DNA of 64,000 nucleotides from a bacterium (GCA_021157625.1 JAGGWD010000005.1:2118-66117); one strand, 5' to 3'. Shown: positions 52,509-62,762, counted from the stretch's first letter. A program made the numbers and translations. The notes: generated by a model from the sequence alone, not told the origin.

Positions 52509-53777
52509 TTATTCTGTAGGAAGCCCAGGAGGAGCTTCTTTTTTCTTTGCTTCTATTCGAGGAAGGGTTGGTGCAGGAGCAACCATCCTTCCAGGAAAGT
52601 GATATAAAGTGGCTATCTCATCGGTAGTTAGCACAAAAGTTCCTCCTGGTTCTGGAAATAAAGGAGAGAATCTTCTTTTATATCTCAAAAAAATCGCCCT
52701 TTGCTTTGCATACGTTCGCATTTTTTTCAAAAACCATTGGACTTTTGGAAGAGTACGTGTCCATGGTTTCAGACCATTAAGATTTTCGGTAGACACATTT
52801 TTGAAAAACCCATAAAACATTCTGGATTTTGCTTTCAGGAATACATCTCTTTTTGCAATATAAAGACATCGGATATTGGTTACAAATCCAAATTTTCCAA
52901 TTTTCTCTTCAATTGCTTTCACTATTTCTCTCTCTCCTGGAGTTAACTTCATTTCAGGAGGAATCACCTCTACTTCTTTCTTTTCTGAAGGCGCTTTACC
53001 TGGTGGTTTTCCGCTAATTAGCAAATCAGCAGCTTCTTTAAAAATCGAAGGAAGAGAAGAAGGTTTCTTTTCTCTATGAACTAATTTATCCACCAACTCT
53101 TTTCCTCTTTTTTGCCACGGAATCTCTTCTCTGATTGGCTTTATTATTATCTGAAGCCACATATATTCCCCTTGGCCAATACTTGCCATACCTTCAAGAA
53201 GTCCTGCCAATGGATCAAGTCGTTTTTGCTCTTTTGTTTCTTTCATCTCTTCGAAATATTTGTAGGTCTTTATAGGATAAGGATCTTCTTTTGTGGCCAC
53301 GAAATCAAAACCAAAAAGATCCCATTCTTCATTAGGGATGTCGTAAGGCACAAAATTAGTATAATCCTCCGCAAGAGAAATCTCTGCGTCTGGGTATTGA
53401 GAATAAATATTGGACTCAATAACACTTCTGAAAGCAGCAGGAGCTCTTATAAAGAAATGAATCTCTCCTTCAAGACTGGCAATCTCTAATGCTATTGAAT
53501 ATTGAAATTCCCCTTGTAGCCATGTTTCTCTCCAGGTAAACACATCGTGAACTCCATGAAAGCCCGCTATTACCTGCTCCATTGCTTTTATTGGCTTTTC
53601 TACCTCTCGAGGAATCTTGACTTCCAGGATAATTTTCTTTACCCCTGAGTCATACTGCTCCATCTTGTAGAATCTCCAAAAAAAGAGAAAACGAGGATAC
53701 AACAAGAAAGGTAAAGGTAGCCACCACCAATTCTTTATAACCAACCAAAGATTTGTTAAAACAAAATAAAAATCCAT
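52509..53777 (-). CDS. Membrane-anchored hypothetical protein, partner of the coupling-protein-like ATPase
   Basis: Trp-rich N-terminal TM (LWLVIKNWWWLPLPFLLYP), then a ~380-aa soluble domain. There is a 4-nt gap to the ATPase gene. Confidence 0.65.
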   Translation of the reverse strand: MDFYFVLTNLWLVIKNWWWLPLPFLLYPRFLFFWRFYKMEQYDSGVKKIILEVKIPREVEKPIKAMEQVIAGFHGVHDVFTWRETWLQGEFQYSIALEIASLEGEIHFFIRAPAAFRSVIESNIYSQYPDAEISLAEDYTNFVPYDIPNEEWDLFGFDFVATKEDPYPIKTYKYFEEMKETKEQKRLDPLAGLLEGMASIGQGEYMWLQIIIKPIREEIPWQKRGKELVDKLVHREKKPSSLPSIFKEAADLLISGKPPGKAPSEKKEVEVIPPEMKLTPGEREIVKAIEEKIGKFGFVTNIRCLYIAKRDVFLKAKSRMFYGFFKNVSTENLNGLKPWTRTLPKVQWFLKKMRTYAKQRAIFLRYKRRFSPLFPEPGGTFVLTTDEIATLYHFPGRMVAPAPTLPRIEAKKKEAPPGLPTE

Positions 53778-53788
53778 CTTTGATTCCT

Positions 53789-54826
53789 TTATATCTCTTT
53801 GAGGATATATCTGCCTTGAGAATCTCTCAGAAAGTAATCCTTATTCTGAAGATTCAACAAGATAGTGTTTTCTTTTACCAACCGTTGAGAAAGAACTTTT
53901 TCTATAATCTCTTCCCGAGAAAGAGGCCGATTTTCTTCTCTTAGCACCTTTATAATAATATCTCTGACTTGTCCCGGAACGTATCCCCATTCTCGAAGAG
54001 CATAAATACCTCTACCCACCAGAACAAATCGTGGATCTCTAATGAGTTCATTATGGACGGTCTGAGGAAGAACAGGTTTATTAGAGGTACCAATATTGAG
54101 TTGAGAAATCAACTTCGCAACTTCTGCAAAATGAAGTGGACGTCCGCTTTTCTTTAGAGCAAGATAAGCCTTATCCTTTATCCCTCGTGGAGAAACCTCA
54201 GGCCAGTGCTTTAATCCAAATAAACCTTCGTAATTTTTTTCTATATCCTTGGAGATTTCCAAATAAGAAATAAGAGCGCGTGATGTTACTCTTTCGGAAA
54301 CCTTCAATTCGTTTTTAAAAAGCATCAACGCCTCCTTCTCAGAAATTAATTTTTTCTCTTTCTTGAATTTTTCTACAAAACCATTGATAACTTGACGTGC
54401 AAGATCAACTGATTTTGGATTAACAGTCCATAAAGGATAAAGGTCTTCGGTTTCAGGAAATCTAAAAAATGACTCTCCTAAAGTAAGCCAAAAGAGTGCT
54501 CGATTCTGAACTTTGGAAGAAGAAAATTGAGAAAGCAATAAATCTTCTCTTTTGAGTCCACCTTCTTTCTTAAGATAAGAGTTAAAATATCGGAATATCC
54601 TTTGATAGATTGGTTTTTTGATTTCTTTTTTTATAAGCGCAATTCCAGACTGCTCAATCTGGCGAATTCTTTCTCTACATACTCCATAACTTCTTCCTAT
54701 TGACTCAAGTGTCTCTCGTGTTGCTTTCTCTAGCCCGAATCTTCTCTTTATTACATCTCTTACCCTTGTGGGAAGATTCTTTAATAAATTATTATAAATA
54801 ATTTGAGAAGATAGCAGTTTTTCCAT
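53789..54826 (-). CDS. DNA-binding protein with an N-terminal sigma-70 region-4-like HTH and C-terminal HARE-HTH-like domains
   Basis: RDVIKRRFGLEKATRETLESIGRSYGVCRERIRQIEQSGIALIKK (sigma r4 pattern). RPLHFAEVAKLI... and NRPLSREEIIEKVL... are winged-helix repeats. Confidence 0.65.
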   Translation of the reverse strand: MEKLLSSQIIYNNLLKNLPTRVRDVIKRRFGLEKATRETLESIGRSYGVCRERIRQIEQSGIALIKKEIKKPIYQRIFRYFNSYLKKEGGLKREDLLLSQFSSSKVQNRALFWLTLGESFFRFPETEDLYPLWTVNPKSVDLARQVINGFVEKFKKEKKLISEKEALMLFKNELKVSERVTSRALISYLEISKDIEKNYEGLFGLKHWPEVSPRGIKDKAYLALKKSGRPLHFAEVAKLISQLNIGTSNKPVLPQTVHNELIRDPRFVLVGRGIYALREWGYVPGQVRDIIIKVLREENRPLSREEIIEKVLSQRLVKENTILLNLQNKDYFLRDSQGRYILKEI

Positions 54827-54885
54827 CCCATTTGTTTGAACTAATTAGATGTATTTTATCATATAAACACATTTATAGCTCTAAG

Positions 54886-55779
54886 TCAAGATCTTTTCAT
54901 CCAACTGATCAAGATCAGTGAAGCCAAACATATAGAAGAATAAGTTCCTAAACTAATCCCAAGAATTAGAGCAAGACTAAAATATCTTAAAGTATGTCCG
55001 CCAAAGAAAAAGATAGCTAGCAAAACAAATAAAGTGGTAAGAGAAGTACTAATTGATCGAGAAAGTGTTTCATTTAAACTTTTGTTTACCGTTTCTTCAA
55101 AAGAAAGATTGAGCTTCAAAAGATTCTCTCTTATTCTATCAAACACAACAACCGTATCATTTACAGAATAACCAAAAACAGTAAGTAAGGCAGTAATTAT
55201 TGGCACAGAAATCTCTACCATATAGAGTTTCCCAAGAATGGCAAAAATTCCTATCGGAATTAAAACATCATGAAATAGAGCAATAAGAGTGGCTATCCCG
55301 TATTGCCAGGAGCTTACTGGCCAAGAAACTTCTCGAAAAGCAAAAGTAATATATAAAAGAATGGAAACCAAAGCCAAAAAAATAACAATCTTGGTTTTAT
55401 CTTTGGTTTCTTTACCTACTACTGGCCCAATGAATTCAAACCGTGTTTCTTGAAACTCTCCACTAGGTCTTAAAGCATCAATGATCCTTTGGTGCATTTC
55501 ATCAGATATCTCTTGAGTGCGCAAAATAATGCCTTTCTCCCCTATCTCTTGGACAGAAATTTCTCCTGCATCAATATTTTTTAAGCTATGTTTTATTTCT
55601 TCCAAAGAAGGTCTGTTATTTTTATATTCAATTTCAATAACACTTCCTCCTACAAAATCAATACCCCACCGCAAGCCAAACAAACACAAAGAAGCAACAC
55701 TCGCCAAAATCATTACAGTGGATATGGTAAAGAATATTTTTCGATATTTAACAAAGTTTATTTCCATAGTATTTGCCAT
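54886..55779 (-). CDS. secF: Protein translocase subunit SecF
   Basis: GIDFVGGS, 6-TM SecF profile, DTVVVFDRIREN. Confidence 0.9.
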   Translation of the reverse strand: MANTMEINFVKYRKIFFTISTVMILASVASLCLFGLRWGIDFVGGSVIEIEYKNNRPSLEEIKHSLKNIDAGEISVQEIGEKGIILRTQEISDEMHQRIIDALRPSGEFQETRFEFIGPVVGKETKDKTKIVIFLALVSILLYITFAFREVSWPVSSWQYGIATLIALFHDVLIPIGIFAILGKLYMVEISVPIITALLTVFGYSVNDTVVVFDRIRENLLKLNLSFEETVNKSLNETLSRSISTSLTTLFVLLAIFFFGGHTLRYFSLALILGISLGTYSSICLASLILISWMKRS

Positions 55780-57053
55780 TTTTCTAATCGGGTATTAATG
55801 AAACATCTCAAGAAGTTCTTCGTGACAAAAATAGCAGAAAAAATACTTACAAGAATTCCCAAACCTAAAGTAAGAGCAAATCCTTTCACAAAACTTGTTC
55901 CCAACCCAAATAGAATAAGAGCCACAATTAATGTAGTAACATTGCTATCTCTAATTGATGGCCAAGCACGAGAAAATCCATCTTCTATAATCCTCTCAAA
56001 ACTTTTTTGTTCCTTCCTCTCTTCTCTCATTCGAGAAAAAATCAAGACATTAGCATCGATAGCCATTCCTATCGATAATATAAAACCAGCAATTCCTGCC
56101 AGGGTTAAAGTAACAGGGATTATTTTAAACAGAGCCAATACCAAGATTATATAAATCACCAAAGAAATGGAAGCCAAAAGCCCAGGTAATCGGTAGAATA
56201 AAATCATGAATATAACAATAGCCAAAAATCCAATCAGACCTGCTCTAAGACTTTTTTCAAGAGAAATAGCTCCAAGTGTCGGCCCAACAGTCTCTTGAGA
56301 AATTAATTTGATAGGCACAGGAAGAGCTCCGGCGCTTAAGTTTCGAGCTAATTTCTTTGCCTCTTCTGGCGTAAATCTTCCTGTAATCTGGGCTCTCCCA
56401 TGAGATATTTTTTCCTTTACAACAGGAGCAGAAATTAGAACATCATCAATATAAATCGCTAATGGTTTACCTATATTCCGTGCTGTTAGCTCTTCAAATA
56501 TTCTTGCACCCTCTTCATTAAATTGAAGAGAAACGCGAGGCTCATAAGTATTAGGATCTAAGGTTACCTGAGCTTTCTTAAGATATCTTCCTGTAAGCGA
56601 AGTTGGTTGAAAAAGTTCATCTATCTCCATTTCTCCGGATTCCAGTTTATCTTTGTTTTTTTCAACTAATTCATCATAATTTGGTTTTGGTTCTCGAAAC
56701 TCAAGATAAGGAGTCTGACCAATCATTTTAATTGCTTCAGAAACATTTTTTATTCCGGGCAACTCAACTATCAATCTCCAACTATCTCCTACTCTTTCTG
56801 TCTGAACTATAGGCTCTCCAACCCCAAAAAGATTAATTCTTCTCTCTATCACATCTCTTAATCCTTCCATAGTAGAAGCCCAATCTTTCTTTTCAATCTG
56901 AGATAAATCTGCCTGATAGACCAAATGACTGCCTCCTTGAAGATCAAGCCCAAGTTTAAATGGTCTATTGCCAATAATTGACAAATCAAAAAGGGCAGCA
57001 ATTACAACAAGTATCAGAACAAACAATAAAGTTAAATAAGTTTTTGATTTCAT
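55758..57053 (-). CDS. secD: Protein translocase subunit SecD
   Basis: LGLDLQGGSHLVY, a periplasmic P1 domain, and a C-terminal 5-TM bundle (AIDANVLIFSRMREE). Start moved to ATG 57053. Confidence 0.9.
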   Translation of the reverse strand: MKSKTYLTLLFVLILVVIAALFDLSIIGNRPFKLGLDLQGGSHLVYQADLSQIEKKDWASTMEGLRDVIERRINLFGVGEPIVQTERVGDSWRLIVELPGIKNVSEAIKMIGQTPYLEFREPKPNYDELVEKNKDKLESGEMEIDELFQPTSLTGRYLKKAQVTLDPNTYEPRVSLQFNEEGARIFEELTARNIGKPLAIYIDDVLISAPVVKEKISHGRAQITGRFTPEEAKKLARNLSAGALPVPIKLISQETVGPTLGAISLEKSLRAGLIGFLAIVIFMILFYRLPGLLASISLVIYIILVLALFKIIPVTLTLAGIAGFILSIGMAIDANVLIFSRMREERKEQKSFERIIEDGFSRAWPSIRDSNVTTLIVALILFGLGTSFVKGFALTLGLGILVSIFSAIFVTKNFLRCFINTRLEKWQILWK

Positions 57054-57069
57054 AAGAGAAAATAAAAAT

Positions 57070-57720
57070 TTAGATAGCAGTAAGAAATACAGAAACAATT
57101 CCAACTAGAAATATTCCATCAAATACTCCTGCTCCGCCAATAGAAAGCATTCCAGGAGATGTTTTCAGGACCTTTTTTATATTCAAGATATCAGCACCAA
57201 TTAAAGCACCCCAGACACCAGAAATGAATGCTACCGGAGCAGCAAAATTAGGAGCAAGAATTAATGCAAAAAGAGCTGAAAAAACAGGAGGAACAACTGC
57301 TGGAAGTGCTATCCCTTGACCAGGTACAATTCGTGATAAACTAAAGCATATGGCGATCATTAAGATCGTAGCTATCAGGGTTGGCTGCCATGGCACTTTC
57401 TCTAAAAGATAAAACGAAATACTCAAAGGAATCAAAGCTCCTCCTAAATTAACAGCAACGCCCTGATATACTATTTCTTTGCGGGGAAATAATCCAAAAA
57501 AATAATCCCTTCTTACATACACCTTCTTTCTTCTTGTCAATGGTATATTTACTACTGATCCTAATAAAATCAAAAGGATAATCAAGAATGTAGCTTCCGG
57601 CGAAAAACCCAGTTTTTCAAAACTAAAGCTAATGATATTAAAAAATATCAAAAAGAAAAGGAGCGGTAAAAGAAGAATTAACAACAAGAAAACAAAACAA
57701 CCTATAGGAAAGAAAAACAT
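57070..57720 (-). CDS. DUF1614-like polytopic membrane protein
   Basis: VNLGGALIPLSIS and SIGGAGVFDGIFL motifs. Highly hydrophobic. Confidence 0.55.
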   Translation of the reverse strand: MFFFPIGCFVFLLLILLLPLLFFLIFFNIISFSFEKLGFSPEATFLIILLILLGSVVNIPLTRRKKVYVRRDYFFGLFPRKEIVYQGVAVNLGGALIPLSISFYLLEKVPWQPTLIATILMIAICFSLSRIVPGQGIALPAVVPPVFSALFALILAPNFAAPVAFISGVWGALIGADILNIKKVLKTSPGMLSIGGAGVFDGIFLVGIVSVFLTAI

Positions 57721-57739
57721 AACTATTCTTGGAGATACG

Positions 57740-58342
57740 TTAATAAATCCTTAACAATTCTGGCGTGATTAGTGTTTCGATTACAGCAGCAATAAAAAGA
57801 AATATCAATAATATCAAGAAAAGAGCTAACCCCTGATTGATTTCGTTGACTACACTGACCTCCTTTCTCAACACTTTCCTTATTGCTACTATTCCTATTT
57901 TCAATCCTATCGCAGAAGAAATTAAAAAACAAGGTATCTCTACAATCCCATGAGTTAGGATACCAGTAAAGAAATAAAAGATGCCATAATTTCTAAATAC
58001 AATACTTGCCAGCATCCCTAACACCTCACCGTTGTTTAAGAGGATAACCAAAGGAAAAATTCCAAATAGAACCCCTAACGCTATAGTAAGAAAAGAAGTA
58101 ATTCCGTTCTTAAGAAACACAAAAAGAATCTGTGAAATTTTGCTTTCTTTAAAAACAGGGCTATAAACCTCTCTCAACAATGAAATCAACTCCTGAGCCC
58201 GAGAAGGATACAATTCACTAAAATAATATCCTGCAATACCACCTATGAGAAAAACAATTGAGGCTATGATAATATAAGGAATAAGGCTTTTTAAATAAAT
58301 AAAGAGTGTGTCTCTCTTGATGGAAAATATTTTTTTATCCAT
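57740..58342 (-). CDS. SpoIIM-like (DUF95) membrane protein
   Basis: [23 protein letters not shown] motif. 5-6 TMs. Confidence 0.65.
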   Translation of the reverse strand: MDKKIFSIKRDTLFIYLKSLIPYIIIASIVFLIGGIAGYYFSELYPSRAQELISLLREVYSPVFKESKISQILFVFLKNGITSFLTIALGVLFGIFPLVILLNNGEVLGMLASIVFRNYGIFYFFTGILTHGIVEIPCFLISSAIGLKIGIVAIRKVLRKEVSVVNEINQGLALFLILLIFLFIAAVIETLITPELLRIY

Positions 58343-60836
58343 ATTTAGGCCAGCAGCATTTTTTATATTTTTTCCCGGAACCGCAAGGGCAAGGATCGTT
58401 ACGTCCGACTCGATTTAATGTTCCTTTTTTTGTTGTAGGAAAATATTGAGCAGAAGAAATATTCAAAGAAGGAGAGGTTTCTTTTTTCGTTTCTATCTTA
58501 AAAAGGTTTTGTACAATAGCAATTTCTATTGTCTCCAAAAATTTTCGAAAAAGACGATGACCTTCGGTTTTATACTCCACTAATGGATCCTGCTGACCAT
58601 ATGCTCTTAATCTCACCGAATCTCTTAGCTGATGCTCCATAGTATATAAATGATCTACCCAAAGCATATCCATCGTACGCAAAGCAATAAATCTCTCGAG
58701 TTGACGCATATTTTTCTCTCCTATCTCCTTTTCTTTTCTTTGATAACCCTCTTTTGAGAAACCATGTTTCTCAATCATCTCTAGAATTTTGTTATGTAAC
58801 TCCTCCTCAGACGCTCTGAGAATTTCTTTTCGTTTTTTGTAAAAAGTCTCTCTGTGTTTATTTAAGACATCATCATATTCTAATAGATGCTTTCTGGCAT
58901 CAAAATTCATCCCTTCTAATTTGGACTGAGCAGATTCAATAGCATCTGAAACTATTTTTGCTTCAATTGGTTGATCTTCTGGAATATTCAATTTTTCCAT
59001 TAGAGACTTCAATTTTTCTCCCCCAAAAATCTGCATCAGATCGTCCTCAAGAGAAACAAAAAACTGAGAAGAACCCGGATCTCCTTGCCTACCTGCCCTT
59101 CCTCTCAATTGATTATCAATCCTCCTGGCCTCATGTCTTTCTGTTCCTATCACATGGAGTCCTCCTAATTCTCTTACTTTCTTTGCCTCTTCTAAATCAG
59201 GAGGGTTTCCTCCCAAGATAATATCTACTCCTCTTCCAGCCATATTGGTGGCTACAGTCACCTGTCCAAGTTTTCCAGCCTGCGCAATAATCTCACCTTC
59301 CTTTTCATGATTTGTTGCATCAAGAACCTGACAAGGAATACCTTCTTTTTCCAATAATCTTTTTATAATCCGATTCTTCTCTATAGCTCCTTCAGTATGC
59401 TCTCTGGCAGCAAATACTCCTGTTCCTATTAGAATTGGCTGCCCTTTTGCATGTCTCTTCTTGACTTCCTCTACTATTGCCTTAAATTTAGCTCTTTTTG
59501 TTCTGTATACTCGATCAGGCAGATCTTTTCTGATCATTGGTTTGTGAGTTGGAATAGAAATGACCTCAAGCCCATAAACTTTATCAAATTCCTCGGCTGA
59601 AGTTGCAGCAGTTCCGGTCATACCAGCAAGTTTTTTGTACATTCTGAAATAATTCTGAAAAGTAATTGAAGCTAGGGTTCGGGATTCAGGTTTCACCTCA
59701 AGACCCTCTTTTGCTTCTACTGCCTGATGAAGACCACCCGACCATCTTCTTCCAGGCATGAGTCTCCCCGTGAATTCATCTATTATAATTACTTCTCCAT
59801 TTTTGACTATATAATCTCTATCTCTTTTAAACAAAACCCTTGCTTTGAGAGCAGCTTCTAATTGATGAATAGTCACAATATCACTTTCTGCCCAAGGATC
59901 AAAACCAAGCTCTCTTACAATTCTATCTTGTCCTTGTTCAGTAAAAGTGGGAATTCGCATCTTTTCATCCATCTTATAATCTTGGTTTTCTTTGAGAGAT
60001 GCAATCAATCTTGCAAAGCGATAATATTTCTCGGTTGATTTCTCAGCAGGAGCAGCAATAATTAAAGGTGTTCTTGCTTCATCAATTAAGATTGAATCCA
60101 CTTCATCAACTATCGCATAATGAAAACCTCTTTGAACTTCTTCTTTGGGATCGTAGACCATATTATCACGCAGGTAATCAAACCCAAACTCGTTATTTGT
60201 ACCATAAGTGATATCGGCAAGATATGCCTCCTTACGAGAACAAGGACGTAAAAAATCTTCAACTACTTTAAAAGAACCAAGTTCATCGCGGATTCTGTCT
60301 TTCTCTTCATCAGGTTTTTTATAATCAGGATCATAAAGAAAAGACTGCTCGTGATTCAAACATCCTACCGAAAGACCTAAATAATGATATATTTGTCCCA
60401 TCCAGACAGTATCTCTTCGTGCCAGATAATCATTAACTGTCACTAAATGAACGCCCTTTCCTTCAAGGGCATTAAGATATAAAGGCAAAGTAGCAGCCAA
60501 AGTCTTTCCTTCACCTGTCTTCATTTCAGCAATTTTACCTTGATGCAAAACTATTCCACCCATCAACTGACAATCAAAATGTCTTTGGCCAAGTGTTCTT
60601 TTTGAAGCCTCCCTTACTACAGCAAAAGCCTCAGGCAAGATTTCATCAAGCGATTCTTTTTTCTTAATTCTTTCTTTAAATTCCTTGGTTTTCTCTCTAA
60701 GTTCATCCTGAGAAAATTTTTCGAATTTACTCTCAAGCGCATTTATCTTATCAACCAGTGGCTTGATCTTCTCTAAGTATTTTTTATTAGCATCACCAAA
60801 AATTTTATTTAGAATAGACATAGAATCGTAAGTCAA
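58335..60836 (-). CDS. secA: Preprotein translocase ATPase SecA
   Basis: [16 protein letters not shown], Walker [27 protein letters not shown], and the C-terminal zinc motif [13 protein letters not shown]. The alternative start at ATG 60821 (MSILNKIF) is plausible. Confidence 0.93.
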   Translation of the reverse strand: MTYDSMSILNKIFGDANKKYLEKIKPLVDKINALESKFEKFSQDELREKTKEFKERIKKKESLDEILPEAFAVVREASKRTLGQRHFDCQLMGGIVLHQGKIAEMKTGEGKTLAATLPLYLNALEGKGVHLVTVNDYLARRDTVWMGQIYHYLGLSVGCLNHEQSFLYDPDYKKPDEEKDRIRDELGSFKVVEDFLRPCSRKEAYLADITYGTNNEFGFDYLRDNMVYDPKEEVQRGFHYAIVDEVDSILIDEARTPLIIAAPAEKSTEKYYRFARLIASLKENQDYKMDEKMRIPTFTEQGQDRIVRELGFDPWAESDIVTIHQLEAALKARVLFKRDRDYIVKNGEVIIIDEFTGRLMPGRRWSGGLHQAVEAKEGLEVKPESRTLASITFQNYFRMYKKLAGMTGTAATSAEEFDKVYGLEVISIPTHKPMIRKDLPDRVYRTKRAKFKAIVEEVKKRHAKGQPILIGTGVFAAREHTEGAIEKNRIIKRLLEKEGIPCQVLDATNHEKEGEIIAQAGKLGQVTVATNMAGRGVDIILGGNPPDLEEAKKVRELGGLHVIGTERHEARRIDNQLRGRAGRQGDPGSSQFFVSLEDDLMQIFGGEKLKSLMEKLNIPEDQPIEAKIVSDAIESAQSKLEGMNFDARKHLLEYDDVLNKHRETFYKKRKEILRASEEELHNKILEMIEKHGFSKEGYQRKEKEIGEKNMRQLERFIALRTMDMLWVDHLYTMEHQLRDSVRLRAYGQQDPLVEYKTEGHRLFRKFLETIEIAIVQNLFKIETKKETSPSLNISSAQYFPTTKKGTLNRVGRNDPCPCGSGKKYKKCCWPKYG

Positions 60837-60847
60837 AGAAGTGCTTT

Positions 60848-60876
60848 ATTATATAAAAATATCTTCCCTCTTTCAA
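60848..60876 (-). promoter_or_regulatory. Promoter candidate for secA
   Basis: Minus strand: TTGAAA (60876->60871), 17 nt, TATAAT (60853->60848). Confidence 0.55.
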
Positions 60877-60884
60877 GTTTCATT

Positions 60885-60910
60885 AAAAAAACAGCTTCAG
60901 TGCTGTTTTA
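60885..60910 (-). terminator. Intrinsic terminator after hpf
   Basis: Minus strand: AACAGC-ACUGAA-GCUGUU followed by U7. Confidence 0.6.
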
Positions 60911-60934
60911 ATTTCCATTAACCTTGCATCTGCT

Positions 60935-61354
60935 TTATTTCTTTTTTGGAGAAGCGGGTGAAGAAATCTTTGTCATTTCTTTGAGCTTCCGGAAAGATTT
61001 TCTGGTCCGTATAATTTGTTTTTTCTTGTATTGCTTGAGTTCTCTTTGCAACTTATCCTTGAGTTCGGTAATGGCTGCAAGAAGATCATCTTTTAGCGAT
61101 TCCGCTCTTACACTCTTTCCAGGAAGTTTTATTTGGCATTCTGCCCGAAAAACATCTCCCTTGTAGTGATGATGGGTGGTTTTTTCTATCTCTACCCATC
61201 CTTCTAGAGCAGGCTTTGACTTTGAAGAAGAATCAAAATCCTTCCCTACTCTTGAGATTAACTTCTCTAACCCTCCTATTTTTTCTTTTATATAACTCCG
61301 AAGTGATGGTGTTAATTCCAAATTTGTAGCCTTTATATTTATTTTAAATCTCAT
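60935..61354 (-). CDS. hpf: Ribosome hibernation/associated factor (HPF/RaiA/YfiA family) with a basic C-terminal tail
   Basis: MRFKINIKATNLELTPSLRSYIKEKIGGLEK... (S30EA fold pattern). No SD is visible upstream. Confidence 0.85.
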   Translation of the reverse strand: MRFKINIKATNLELTPSLRSYIKEKIGGLEKLISRVGKDFDSSSKSKPALEGWVEIEKTTHHHYKGDVFRAECQIKLPGKSVRAESLKDDLLAAITELKDKLQRELKQYKKKQIIRTRKSFRKLKEMTKISSPASPKKK

Positions 61355-61444
61355 AAGATTTTTAAAAAATTACGCCCCCTTTGCACTACAAGATTCCAAA
61401 ACCTACCATATGAAATTCTGAAAGAAGGGGGCGAAAATTAAATT

Positions 61445-61519
61445 CTACTTCTTCTTTTTTTTCTTTTTCTTCTTTGCAGTTTTTTTCTTTTTTGTGGTCT
61501 TCTTTTTCTTCTTTGCCAT
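61445..61519 (-). CDS. Candidate 24-aa poly-lysine micro-ORF (MAKKKKKTTKKKKTAKKKKKKKKK), below the ORF-track size cut-off
   Basis: Minus strand: GGAGGG, 13 nt, ATG (61519). An in-frame TAA lies immediately upstream. TAG stop at 61447-61445. Confidence 0.4.
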   Translation of the reverse strand: MAKKKKKTTKKKKTAKKKKKKKKK

Positions 61520-61669
61520 TTATTTTTATATCCCTCCAGGAGTTTTTAAAACCTGGAAATTTTTATTTTGAATGCAAATAGTCGACCAGCCTATTTGCAA
61601 ATATTGATTTATTATTTTATTTTCGCACTTTAAAAACACCTGTCAAGGTGGATAACTCCAGACAAAAAA

Positions 61670-62554
61670 TCAAAATCCCAAAAATTCAATTTCCTCCTCT
61701 AGTTCAATACCAAACTTCCTTTTAACTTCCTCTTTGGCAAGGGTAATTAAAAACATAACATCTTGGCTTGTAGCATTTCCCAAATTTATTATAAAATTGC
61801 CGTGTTTTTTTGATATCTGTGCTCCTCCTTTTCTTTTTCCTTTAAGAGAACATTTTTCGATCAGTTTTCCTGCAGAAAATCCTTCTGGGTTTTTAAAAAT
61901 ACAACCTGCCGAAAAACACTCAAGAGGCTGTTTTGCTTTCCGATACTCTAGATATCTTTTCATTCTCTTTTCTATCTCATAGATGGAATCTCTATCAAAT
62001 ACAAACTCTCCCGAAAGAATTACAAGTTCTTTATTCTTTTTAAAAATACTCTCTCGATAGCCAAATAGACAATCTTTTGTTGAATAATTTTTTATTGTCC
62101 TGGTAGATATATCAAAAACTCTTACATTCTTTACCAGATCAGCGATTGATTTTCCAAATGCTCCGCTATTTCCCCTTAGCGCTCCACCCACAGTTCCTGG
62201 AATTCCTGCAGCCCATTCAAGACCAGATAATCCTGAGTTTTTCGCAATGGTAAGTAATTGGGCTAAGTTGGCTCCTGCTTCTGCAATAATGCTGGAGTCT
62301 TTTCTTTCTATCTTGGAATTTTGGATTTTTATTACCAAACCATCAAAACCTTTATCAGAAACTAAGAGATTGCTCCCTCCTCCTAAAATAAAAAAGGGTA
62401 AATGATACTTCTGAGCTTGCTCAAGAGCTTCAATTATCTGCTGCTGGGAGTGAGCCACAAAAAAATATTTTGCCCGACCACCTATTTTAAAAGTAGTAAA
62501 TGGAGCTAATGAAACATCCTTTTTTATATTTTTCAACTCCTTTTCTATTGGCAT
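61670..62554 (-). CDS. murB: UDP-N-acetylenolpyruvoylglucosamine reductase
   Basis: LAPFTTFKIGGRAKYFF, ILGGGSNLLVSD, GIPGTVGGALRGNSGAFG, SAGCIFKNP. Confidence 0.92.
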   Translation of the reverse strand: MPIEKELKNIKKDVSLAPFTTFKIGGRAKYFFVAHSQQQIIEALEQAQKYHLPFFILGGGSNLLVSDKGFDGLVIKIQNSKIERKDSSIIAEAGANLAQLLTIAKNSGLSGLEWAAGIPGTVGGALRGNSGAFGKSIADLVKNVRVFDISTRTIKNYSTKDCLFGYRESIFKKNKELVILSGEFVFDRDSIYEIEKRMKRYLEYRKAKQPLECFSAGCIFKNPEGFSAGKLIEKCSLKGKRKGGAQISKKHGNFIINLGNATSQDVMFLITLAKEEVKRKFGIELEEEIEFLGF

Positions 62555-62571
62555 TAGAATGATAATTTACA

Positions 62572-62757
62572 CAAAAGGACCAGGGGAGTTGACTCCAATT
62601 CTAAGTCTTTCGGTGAGTGCTGGCCCCTGGTCCAATTTTTATTATACACTCCTAAAGCAATAAAGCAAGAAAAAAGTACTAGACCTTGCGCAAGGCAAGG
62701 TCTAGTACCGACTTTAGAATGGAGTCTCCGATTAAGAATCGGAGTCGCACTCACCAT
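62572..62757 (-). ncRNA. Unclassified structured RNA region (independent sRNA(s) or murB leader) with two terminator-like hairpins and internal long-range complementarity
   Basis: GC-rich island between a strong promoter and murB. The 13-bp hairpin 62708->62676 is followed by U6. The 10-bp stem GGACCAGGGG/CCCCUGGUCC (62633->62577) is followed by U4. Segments 62755->62747 and 62726->62710 are complementary to 62620->62612 and 62607->62591. Confidence 0.5.
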
Positions 62758-62762
62758 CTACA

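Noticed and set aside
57723-57932. 69-aa minus-strand ORF overlapping the SpoIIM-like gene
   Set aside because: It is an alternative frame inside a longer, well-supported membrane-protein gene.
62554-62757. 67-aa minus-strand ORF immediately upstream of murB
   Set aside because: It coincides exactly with the hairpin-rich GC island and contains two terminator-like hairpins and an internal promoter-like element. It has no SD and is better explained as structured RNA.
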